The notes beneath the pieces were generated by a model. It was not told the origin of the DNA and searched no databases. It saw nothing but the letters and a program-made list of their open reading frames with translations. Below, piece by piece: positions 36,501 to 45,592 of a stretch of DNA of 64,000 bases. Position numbers and translations under genes: made by a program. Source of the stretch: Neoechinorhynchus agilis. Its lineage: Eukaryota; Animalia; Acanthocephala. The stretch is taken from the NCBI GenBank assembly GCA_051530055.1, contig CM121342.1, positions 10,989,480-11,053,479 of the forward strand, written 5' to 3'. Position 1 is the first letter of the stretch. Every line of letters begins with the position of its first letter.

Positions 36501-37700
36501 TCACGCATGTGCTGCTCTAATGACTAAGGAAGACGACCAGATCCGTAAATTTAATCGTTCTTAACACCAGCGGTGGCTAATTAGTCCATTTAAGTTTCTT
36601 ATAAATTCGCAGTGGCTGGTTGGTATTCATACAACAGTCAAATCCGAATTGTGCAAAATAATCCATTTAGTAAACGTCAAACAGTTACAACTTGAATTCT
36701 GCGAAAACTTAATCTTTTAAATAAAGTCTAAACATTGTAGAATGAATCTTATGTGATTTGGACGATGTTACCTTCTACTTGACTTGTAATTTCATTTAAA
36801 ATGCACTCATACCAGAATAAAGGTATAATTTTTAGCTTTTTAAATTAAAATAATATCGTCATCCGAAAGTTATTGGTCCCATTGATTACTTACTGTGCCA
36901 CAAACAGAAATTAACTTTAAATATTGAAGTTATCGCTTTGTATCTTTTCATGTTCGATTTTCGTTTTTCTGTATTAGCACTTCATTATTTTTTGTTGCCT
37001 AAAATGTTTCCAATTTAAGCACAGATTTTTATTCTTGGCTTTTCATTTAATGCGTAAAATCTACTATTTCAAGATCACTGCTTAGTACGACACAAATTTA
37101 AATACTAATGCTATTGAGTTTACGAAAAAACTCCCTTAATCGAATTCCAGGTCGTTATTTCGTCTCAGTGTTTCTTGTTTTTAAGCTACGTTAAGTAATT
37201 CTTAATTCGCTAATCATAAAAATGTAAAAGAGGCGATTGTACATTACTAGTTTTTATTTTTTCTTTATTTTTCTCGATTAAAAGATATTTCTAGTAAAAT
37301 TCTTGTTCTGTTTAAATTTGAATCTTCTTTTTGAGACGCAAAAATGCAAAAAACAAATGAGCCGAAGCTGAATTGAAACGATATGGTCGAAATACTACCA
37401 ATTTTGTGTCCACTAAAGTGTTTTACGCAACGCTTAGAAAAACGATAGTAATGAAAAAGCTGTGACTATTTCAATTTCCTTTATGTCAATTCCATTCAAA
37501 GCCTGTAGCTATTTAAATTTAAAACATGATCGAGTGATTTTTACAATGACAATACCAAAGGTGAAAATCTTATCCGACTTAATGTAGGACAAGTTTAAAT
37601 TTTTCACAATGATTCTTTGATCTGATTGTTGCTCAGCATGGACAATTCAATCTCATGAGTATCGCCAAAAATATTTCGCTTAAATTTTAGATAAAATTCA

Positions 37701-38755
37701 ATGCTGCAAATCAATAGAAGCAGCATGACAATGGTGAATTGTCCAAATGAAATTAGTACGCTGCTCATGAAAGTAGCTGTAATCTCGAGAATCGTAATAC
37801 AGCCGATTTTTTATACTGTTGGCTTGACAAGTAGCGTTCTCCTATACCTTACCATGCGATCGTCCTTGTTCAAGCGAACATCATTTTCAGTTTACCTACG
37901 AGCTATCGCAATAGTCGATGGATTGGTAGCTTGCGGAGTTTTTATAACATGGCTGGAGGCTACAAACATAGCGAATATTAACAAACGGACAAACTGTTCG
38001 CTTCCATTATTTCTAATTTTTACAACGACAACTCAATCTAATTGGCTGTTATTCGCAGCAAACGCTGATCAATTGGTAGTAATTTTGAAACCGAATTTTT
38101 CTCGTAAATTTGCAAATAAAAAATCAGCAATTGTTATTTGCTCCAGTATACTCCTACTCATTTTAACTGTAATGCTACAATGGCTATTCATTGCCCGTTA
38201 AAGCACGACTCAGTGTGATGTGCAGAAATCATCTGAACTGTGTTTTATAGCAGCGAGAAATTTGAGATTGTTGGAACACCCTGCGTATTTGTACCACAGG
38301 CAAGAAGTTGGGGAAAAATAGGATTTCCAATTTTCTATAATTTATTCTGCGTCGGATGTCCGATGATATGCACTTTCTTATGCAGCGTTTATATCTATGT
38401 TCAAGTTGGTCTTGCCAAAAAGAAGGCAGGACTTAAATTTGCAGGAAAAAGTAAACAGACAGTTAAGAATATTCTTTACATCTCATATTTCCATTTGTTT
38501 GCATCTTTACCTTTCTCTGGTTTGCAATTTATTACCCCACTGATAATGGAAAAACACAGCCATTGTGGACTTCAATCAGCTTGGGTATTTCTTAACAAAA
38601 TGGCGGTTCATCTTATTTCTACAACTTATTGTCTCAAGTTTTACATCCTATATGTGACTATGAAATCAATCAGAATGAATATGAAAAATATTATTATTTG
38701 TAAAGTGTGGGCAACCAAAATTAATTATACTGGAAAAGACAGACGGCGTAGCTGA
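37701..38755 (+). CDS. Rhodopsin-like (peptide-receptor type) GPCR, interrupted by a stop plus frame change at 38199-38250
   Basis: TM1 GLTSS, TM2 YLRAIAIVD, TM3 SNWLLFAANADQLVVI, ECL2 Cys, TM5 CPMI, TM6 ASLPFS, TM7 STTYCLKFYILY. Confidence 0.72.
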
Positions 38756-38956
38756 ATCGGAAATATATTTAGGGATAAAAAGGAACAAAATGTCAAATTT
38801 AATTCCTTAAAAATCCGGTTTTATCGGGGATGATATTCATTTATCAAATCGAGAGAATCCTTCGGGGTGAACAATCACGATAAAAACATTTCATTGGTCG
38901 CGGGATTGGCGATCTAGCGAACCCGAGACATATAATACAAAACAACAAATTTTTAG

Positions 38957-38996
38957 ATGACTGATGATTCGATGCATTTTTGGCGAAATATTTCAT
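38957..38996 (+). ncRNA. Hammerhead motif with eroded stem II, ~200 nt after the GPCR stop
   Basis: ATGA CTGATGA ttcgatgcatttttggc GAAA TA T T TCAT: perfect stem I and palindromic stem III, AATAAA follows. Confidence 0.55.
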
Positions 38997-39021
38997 ATAA
39001 ATAAAATATCACTTTTATTTT

Positions 39022-39180
39022 TTCCGTACACGGCCGCACGGACACATCGTCCATCGATTTCGGTCTGGGAAGTGCTGAGATTCTTAAACTAATACCCGAA
39101 CGATCTTGTGCATTGAGCGCAGACCAGCGCTTCCCAGACTGAAATCGGTGGACTGTGTGTCCATTCGGCCGTGTATGGAA
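39022..39180. repeat. GC-rich 56-bp-arm hairpin
   Basis: 39022-39077 vs 39125-39180: 48 of 56 positions complementary. Confidence 0.9.
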
Positions 39181-39289
39181 TAATAGAATATCTATCAAAA
39201 AAGACTACCGGCTGAGCCATTTATAAGAATATTATAAACGGAAAGCTAATTCAGGCCAATGTAAGGCGAAGTTTGTACATTCCGCAGTT

Positions 39290-39420
39290 GCGTTAAGGTG
39301 GTCAAGTGGACTAATTTTCTTGATCCCAGTTAAGGGTAAACTGGTTCGAATCCGTTACCGCCGACGACACCACAATTAAAGGGGACGAAATACCCCGTTG
39401 AAGGGAGGTAGCTCACTATT
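39290..39420 (+). mobile_element. tRNA-derived SINE (Pol III A and B boxes + body)
   Basis: A-box TGGTCAAGTGG 39299-39309, B-box GGTTCGAATCC 39343-39353. Body CGCCGA..AAAGGGGACGAAATACC..GGGAGG..CTCACT is shared with ~6470-6535 and ~31530-31560. Confidence 0.55.
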
Positions 39421-39845
39421 TAGTATCCAGTCCGATTTCCATCTTCATTAAATGACAAGCCAAGTAGAGTTTTGAATGGATCAAACATCACCTGATCCCC
39501 TCCTTGGTCATTTCCCGTCTTAACTTCTATAAACCTTCTTCTTGTTATTTCAGACAATTCTTTATCCTGGCTCATCATAATCTTCTCTCTATCTTTTACA
39601 GTCATTAGTCTACTGAATGACTTTAAAAGCTGTTATTTTATTTAGAAAGCATACCTTACAAATTTCATATCCTTTTATTAGTTCTTCACTCTATTTTCTT
39701 ACTATTTAGTATCCAATCCGATTTCCATCTTTATTAAATGACAAGCCAAGTAGAGTTTTGAATGGATCAAACATCACCTGATCCCCTCCTTGGTCATTTC
39801 CCGTCTTAACTTCTATAAACTTTGTTATTTCAGAAAATTCTTCAT
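39419..39845. repeat. Local duplication of ~145 bp (39419-39570 and ~39706-39845)
   Basis: TTAGTATCCA.TCCGATTTCCATC...ACTTCTATAAAC present twice. Confidence 0.85.
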
Positions 39846-40049
39846 CTCGATCTTCTTCAAGGGACCGATAATTCGTCCCTTCTCAGTTCTTTACCACCAT
39901 CCAACCGAAATATCTTTGTATATTGTAGAAAAAATCCAAATCGTTGTTAGAAATATTCTTGAATGAAGCGATTCCAAAATCATTTGTTATCCAGTCTTGA
40001 TTGCAAATCATTTTGATTACTTCATTTTTTAACAATTCAAACAATCTGT

Positions 40050-40720
40050 TTGAAGCACACTCACCACCTCCCGCCAAATTCCAGCTTCTCTCCTCCCTCG
40101 ACCGTCGCCATCACGCTGGCAGCATTGCCTCGTTGTACTGCCAGCGAGATATTTTGTCGAAGGAATACACCTGCTCTTGAGTCTCCGGTTGCCTTTCTCA
40201 ATTGCCCTCCCGCCACGGGAAGACCGAAATTCCATCGGGCCTACTGCCGTCTAGTCGACAAAGGTGGGCGGGTTCCAGGATGTTCGGGAAGTTCACCGTT
40301 CTCAATGCCCGAGAAATTACGCCGTTGATCTCAGAATGGCGTGAGAACCTTCCTCCTGACTTTCGGCAAACGAGACCGTGTCGCCCGGAAGCATCAACCA
40401 AAGACCCACATCGACAGCGATGGGGCGTGCATATCGGGAGACCAAGTCTTAAGGATACTGCGATCCTCGTTACCTCATCAGCAAGAAGAGTTCCCACAGA
40501 TGCCAGAGGAACAGACTCTAACCACGCCCCAGATTCTCGTGTTGAAACTGCAAACAGTCTTGCTCGGACGACCCCATCGCGAGAACCGGAAAGTAGAGAG
40601 CTGTGAGCTCTCGCGATGTCTGAGGCCATTCACGGGAACATGGTTAGCGCCTGTCTGCTGGCACCATTCCTCAACCGCCACCATAGAAACCACTTTGTAA
40701 AATCGAATCGTAATTGTCGG
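40050..40720 (-). mobile_element. CRE-clade 3' fragment with an internal deletion; close relative of 28150-31150
   Basis: GAWLESVPLASVG, CRCG..GRHGLVC, RPDG, QRGNAASVMATVEGGEKLEFGG. Confidence 0.9.
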
Positions 40721-41196
40721 GATCGTCTCTGTGCTAAAAAATATAAAATTTAAATTGAAGTATTTTTGCAGGACAATCAACGTGATCGAATGGCATTTGT
40801 AAGGTTATCCTGTTTTTATTTCATACAAGAGAAGACTCCTTAGGGATGGACTTCACTGGAATCTCTAGAATTTGGACTAAAATTCTTTCGCCCTGTTGCA
40901 ATAGGTCTCATTAAGTTTCTTATATCGAACGAACAGTCTTGGCGAAGTAACAGCTTGAAGCGAAAATTGCCGTTACAACTATTTTTGAGGGGTTTATAGA
41001 TAATTCGAGTACCAATTTTTTGCTTCATTGTAATTACCGTGTTCATTAGATCTTTTCTTCGTAACGTTTCTTTCCAGAATCGATGTATGTTGTTTATTGG
41101 GAATTGCGTGCCTGATCTCCAATGATTGGAATTTAGAAATCGATTTGGCAATGTATTAGTTGTAGAAAGCTGTGAAGTACCAATAAATATTGGATA

Positions 41197-41322
41197 TTTT
41201 GACTTGTGGTGAAGATAATCCCGGTTAAAAATCATGATTGATAAGGCGAGGTTTCCTCTTTTGAAATATTTCAGAACAATAAAATGATCTTCAACCGGGA
41301 TTATCTTCACCACAAGTCAAAA
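41197..41322. repeat. Foldback with a complete U3-A8 hammerhead motif (41235-41273, +) in the loop
   Basis: 30-bp arms TTTTGACTTGTGGTGAAGATAATCCCGGTT / AACCGGGATTATCTTCACCACAAGTCAAAA; loop TGA TTGATAA GGCGAGG ttt CCTCTTTT GAAA TA T T TCA. Confidence 0.75.
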
Positions 41323-41405
41323 TTTACAATCCCGGTGGATTTTCTCGATATGATTAGTATTGGATATATTCAGTGGTAAAGAAATTAGGACTTCTTTCCC
41401 TGTAG

Positions 41406-41936
41406 ATGGACAACAAATCAGCTGAGACGTCCACTCTTCTCGAGGACAAACAATCCAATTCATGGAGGCCTCCTCTCGTAACATTGGAGACCACTTTGGG
41501 TTCTTTGGTCATTGAATTGTACTGGGATCATGCTCCTCGCTCATGTAGGAATTTCGCGGAACTCTCAAAGCGGAACTTCTACAATGGATGTTTATTCCAC
41601 CGAGTTATTCGTGGATTTCTAATTCAGTCTGGTGATCCCACTGGCACAGGGAAAGGCGGAACTTCGATATACGGGAAATCATTTGACGACGAAATTCACC
41701 CGGATTTAAAATTCACAGGAGCAGGGATTATTGCTTGTGCAAATGCAGGTCCAAACACGAATGGATCTCAGTTCTTTATAACATTGTCTCCCGCTCAGCA
41801 TCTAGACGGAAAGTATTCAATTTTCGGACGAGTTCAGTCTGGAATGGGCGTTGTGAAAAAAATTGGAATTGTTGAGGTTAGCGAAAACAATGTTCCGATG
41901 ATTGACATTACTATTTTACGGGCATATCCTTCTTGA
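41406..41936 (+). CDS. PPIL1: Peptidyl-prolyl isomerase-like 1 (spliceosomal cyclophilin), intronless
   Basis: WRPPLVTLETTLG, ELYWDHAP, FHRVI, GDPTGTG, LKFTGAGI, NGSQFF, C-terminal RAYPS. Confidence 0.95.
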   Translation: MDNKSAETSTLLEDKQSNSWRPPLVTLETTLGSLVIELYWDHAPRSCRNFAELSKRNFYNGCLFHRVIRGFLIQSGDPTGTGKGGTSIYGKSFDDEIHPDLKFTGAGIIACANAGPNTNGSQFFITLSPAQHLDGKYSIFGRVQSGMGVVKKIGIVEVSENNVPMIDITILRAYPS

Positions 41937-42079
41937 AAAAAGTGTTAAATTCACATGGAAAGTTTGAGTTTATCGCGAAAGAGTAAAAAGTAAAGCTTTG
42001 ATTTTATCACCTAATTTCGAATCATTGATGAGCTCCCTACAATTCCCTTACGAATTATTGTTGTAACGAATTAAGTTTA

Positions 42080-42529
42080 TTAACAAATAATGTATGGTCC
42101 AAACCTAAATATGGGTCTGAACATACAATAGAAGAATGGGTTCCATTCGTACATCATCATAGCCAAAATTTGAGTCCTCTTCTTCATGATCTCATCCTCG
42201 ATGTAGTTTTGGAAACATTTAATTCTGAAAGCTAATTCCATTCTTTGTTCCTCTGGCGACAACTTTGCCTCCGATAACTTAAAAGGAACGGCCTCCTTGA
42301 AATCCACAAGGCCAAAGGTTAGTGTTTCGGGTGGCAATGCGAATGGTCTCGCGTAGCATTGAAGACTCAAGAACATATTTCGATGGATATAGAGATTTGT
42401 GGTACTCACGCTGATTTGTGTCGATAGCTGCCGATCGAAACGGAAAGGTTCGGTGTTTTGGGAGACACTAACGGATATACTTATACATCGATTGGGAGGG
42501 GGTCCTATATGCTCAGCGTTTAATAACAT
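42080..42529 (-). CDS. Orphan ORF (149 aa; a small upstream exon is possible)
   Basis: Long ORF in AT-rich DNA between two genuine genes; no recognised domain. Confidence 0.45.
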   Translation of the reverse strand: MLLNAEHIGPPPNRCISISVSVSQNTEPFRFDRQLSTQISVSTTNLYIHRNMFLSLQCYARPFALPPETLTFGLVDFKEAVPFKLSEAKLSPEEQRMELAFRIKCFQNYIEDEIMKKRTQILAMMMYEWNPFFYCMFRPIFRFGPYIIC

Positions 42530-42688
42530 CTTTGTTTCGTCAAGGTGAATAACATCGCTAATTTATTGATGCCTATTAGAAAAATCGGATACTTTTGGGG
42601 CGAATAGCAATCCAATCGCATCTAACTGAAATTTTGCACACTGTGGACAAAATCTTTTAAGGTAGTTGAAATATAAATTCTACCAATA

Positions 42689-43543
42689 TTAACATTTACT
42701 TAAACAATCATTACAAGTCCACGCCTGCCCAGCAACACACTCCGCTAGACAATCAGCATGGCACCACTCGTCACATACAAAACATTGCTTAACTTGCTCA
42801 GCAGTTAGATTCTTATGTTCCATAAATCCACCACAGACACAACACTGACAATCTGATTTAAGATACTGTAAAAGTTGTCTTGCATAAGGGCGATTTTTCA
42901 GTTCTCTTTCGTAAGCTCGAGCTCTTTGATAGGCATTATTGCAATTCTTTGCAGATTTTTCAGCTGCAATCCATTTATTTCTTCTCTCGGGATCCGCTAT
43001 TAAAGGACCCATCACGTCCTCGACCTTAGTTGGAATTGCATGTCCTGTGTGGTCGCTTGGTGCCGTTTCTTCACTTAATGTTCCCATTTCAAAATCATCG
43101 TCCACGTACGGTGGACACGGCACTGGCATTTGCGCTTCTTCAATTCCATTTGAGTTTGCTTTAAACACAATAACACTTTCTTCTTCTGTTACTTGATCGC
43201 TTTCTTCGCCAAAACTTGAAAAATCGATTTCAACGTCATGGCTTCCTTCTCCCATCAGATGTAACGTAGTTTCAACCGATTTCGAAGATATATTGTATTG
43301 TTTAAGCACACGATCAACTTCATTAGAACTCCCGTTTGTATCTCTAATAACTTCACATAATCTATTCAAGTACCGATGACTGACGAACTCAAGAAGATTT
43401 AGAGCATCTGGAGAAACGGAATGGATTCCTGCGGATTCCATTATTGCCAATATTCCATCGGTCAGGTCCTCAAGACTACTGCTGTTTGTGCTTTCAATGT
43501 CGCTATCGGACGATTCCATCAAATTTGTTGTACGCGTGTTCAC
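42689..43543 (-). CDS. TAF3: TAF3-like: bromodomain-associated histone fold + C-terminal PHD finger, 284 aa
   Basis: AIMESAGIHSVSPDALNLL..V..RYL..L (BTP fold); C-x2-C..C-x2-C-x4-H-x2-C..W-x-C-x2-C. Confidence 0.72.
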   Translation of the reverse strand: MNTRTTNLMESSDSDIESTNSSSLEDLTDGILAIMESAGIHSVSPDALNLLEFVSHRYLNRLCEVIRDTNGSSNEVDRVLKQYNISSKSVETTLHLMGEGSHDVEIDFSSFGEESDQVTEEESVIVFKANSNGIEEAQMPVPCPPYVDDDFEMGTLSEETAPSDHTGHAIPTKVEDVMGPLIADPERRNKWIAAEKSAKNCNNAYQRARAYERELKNRPYARQLLQYLKSDCQCCVCGGFMEHKNLTAEQVKQCFVCDEWCHADCLAECVAGQAWTCNDCLSKC

Positions 43544-44147
43544 TAGGCGCTTGCGTGCTGTTTAGTTTTAAAAATACATAATATTCAGCGTCTTAATGAC
43601 AATGTTCGCTTCGGGAACAATCTTTCTATAGTCGCTTGAATCACTTATAGCACTTTGGGATGAGATAATCTTAAGGATAAACATCATCTGAGAAGGCTAA
43701 ATAGGAATGGTGAAAACCCAGTTTGGAGTATTTGAGACTTCTCACAATGTCGATATCCTAATATGTAGTTTGAAATTTTAATGGCATCCTGAATTTGAGC
43801 GCTAACGTCTTCAAATTATAAAAACTACGCTCAAATGCTGTAAAATCCGATACTGAAAATTACTGCACCAACCTAAGTTCGAGCGATATTCAACATTAAC
43901 AAGTTATCAAACTATTTAATTGCTTCCTGTTTAGATTATTTCTTTTGCGTGCCATTTTCGCATTATAAATATATTTCATTTATAAACGTTCTCACTCAAT
44001 TCAACAACTTTTTCCCATAATATCTTTATGAAATTATTTACCGGGTAAAGACCTAAATAATAATTCTAATCATATAACACGGTGTCTCACATACCGACAT
44101 CTTTTTTTTTATTTTGAGGTTACATATCGTTTATTTGATTACAATAT

Positions 44148-44945
44148 TTAGCATCTCCTTAGTCGTCCGCTTGGAATACTTTGTGCACTTTTCTGAACAT
44201 TCCAATTTAAACACGGATAGCACGGATGATATTTTGCATGGCATAAAATGCAGTATTCAAAAGCACAAGATTGATATCCACATTGTCCTCGTTGATAAGA
44301 AATATCCTCTAATGACGCTCGTTTGCATTTCGGGCATCTGGAGCATCGATATTCACGATTATTATGCAATGGTCCAAGAAGACCATAATCTATACGTTCG
44401 ATTGGTGACCTCATTTCTTTTACAGGTGAAATATGATTCATTGAATCGGACAATGGAAGTTTTGACTTGAAACGTCGCTTTCTAATCGTTGTTGTATTTT
44501 TATTCTCTTTTTGATCGAATAGTTCGTGGGTTTTCTTTTGTTGAGACCTTAGCTCGTATGGCTCACGTATGAAACCCATTTGATTGTCGAACTCGTCAGA
44601 GTTAAGTTTTCTTTTTTGGATTTTGAATTTGTCTATTTGAAGAATACCACGTTGAATTTGTGATCGCACAAGCTCATCAAAGTATTCTGGAGGAGGAATA
44701 ATCGGTAAGTACATTTGTTCCTTTTCTCTCCAAAAGTTACATTCGGTATTTGAATATTTAGCGTCCAGTTTGCATCTCTTGTTGGAGAAGGATTGTGTCC
44801 AATCTACCGCTTCGTTTCTCAATCTTTTGCATCCTCGAGTCGATTGCGTATTGTTTGCAGATGATCTCAGCTGAGAATTTACCACGGCAAATAAAAGCGA
44901 TTTAAAGTCATTGTCGCTATTCTTCATTGAAAAATGGGAACTCAT
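44148..44945 (-). CDS. FBXO5: Emi1/Emi2/Rca1-like APC/C inhibitor (ZBR domain + basic tail)
   Basis: CPKCKRAS..QRGQC...CAFEYCILCHAKYH...C; ends RLRRC. No clear F-box seen. Confidence 0.65.
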   Translation of the reverse strand: MSSHFSMKNSDNDFKSLLFAVVNSQLRSSANNTQSTRGCKRLRNEAVDWTQSFSNKRCKLDAKYSNTECNFWREKEQMYLPIIPPPEYFDELVRSQIQRGILQIDKFKIQKRKLNSDEFDNQMGFIREPYELRSQQKKTHELFDQKENKNTTTIRKRRFKSKLPLSDSMNHISPVKEMRSPIERIDYGLLGPLHNNREYRCSRCPKCKRASLEDISYQRGQCGYQSCAFEYCILCHAKYHPCYPCLNWNVQKSAQSIPSGRLRRC

Positions 44946-45428
44946 TTCGTTAGTTCAAGAACGTAAATTTTTCTGGCAATACGTTTAGCATCTGCAGTAG
45001 CTAAAGGAAGCTTGGTATTAAACGAAGCCAGCCAATCAGCTTCGTAGGAGGCACGAACCCAATTAAGATCAAAAGCGCCGATGAAGTAAAGAATAATTAT
45101 TCTCATACTTCATCGCCAATGGGCAATAAGTGAGTGTTCGATGAGGCGTAGTGGTCGGAAACTCATTCGCTTGAACTGCTTCCCTTAACAATAATTCCAT
45201 AAATATCTTCTCTGATGCGCAAAATGCGGAATAAGTTCCCGCGCTTAAGTTCTCAAGTGCTAAATTTTCCCAGCCCGAATGATTAACTACTATTTAGGAG
45301 AAACATAAGTGGAAAACTGCGCACCTAAAAATCCTTGTTCAAATGTGAGTGAAAAATTTACTTGATGATCAAAGGAAACCGTCGACAAAATTAGATAAAT
45401 CACAATTTAAGCGATCAATAGTCTGTTT

Positions 45429-45592
45429 ATGGCGGAAAAATTAAAGGAATTTATTAAACCCGATATTTCGGCACAATCTCGTGTTTTTATCGAGGTAGTG
45501 TCGCATTAAACACATTAACAACCTTGATAAAGGCGCACAAAATTGTGCCTCCGAAATATTGTATTTAATAAATTCCTTTAATTTTCCGCCAT
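45429..45592. repeat. Foldback whose arms carry the same degenerate hammerhead as 14589-14802
   Basis: Arms ATGGCGGAAAA..AAAGGAATTTATTAAA / TTTAATAAATTCCTTT..TTTTCCGCCAT; right arm TTGATAA a GGCGCAC aaaatt GTGCC tcc GAAA TAT. Confidence 0.75.

Noticed and set aside
39290-39365. Functional tRNA gene
   Set aside because: A and B boxes are present, but the acceptor and T stems do not pair; treated as a SINE head.
39420-39605. KTLLGLSFNED resembling a BEL/Pao RT motif
   Set aside because: Single short motif with no other domain evidence.
40840-41313. ORF with LKNSCNGNF (PolB motif B-like) and the shared YF.GNLA peptide in ORFs at 22612, 26171 and 40840
   Set aside because: No other polymerase motifs; the shared peptide is simply the antisense translation of the hammerhead family.
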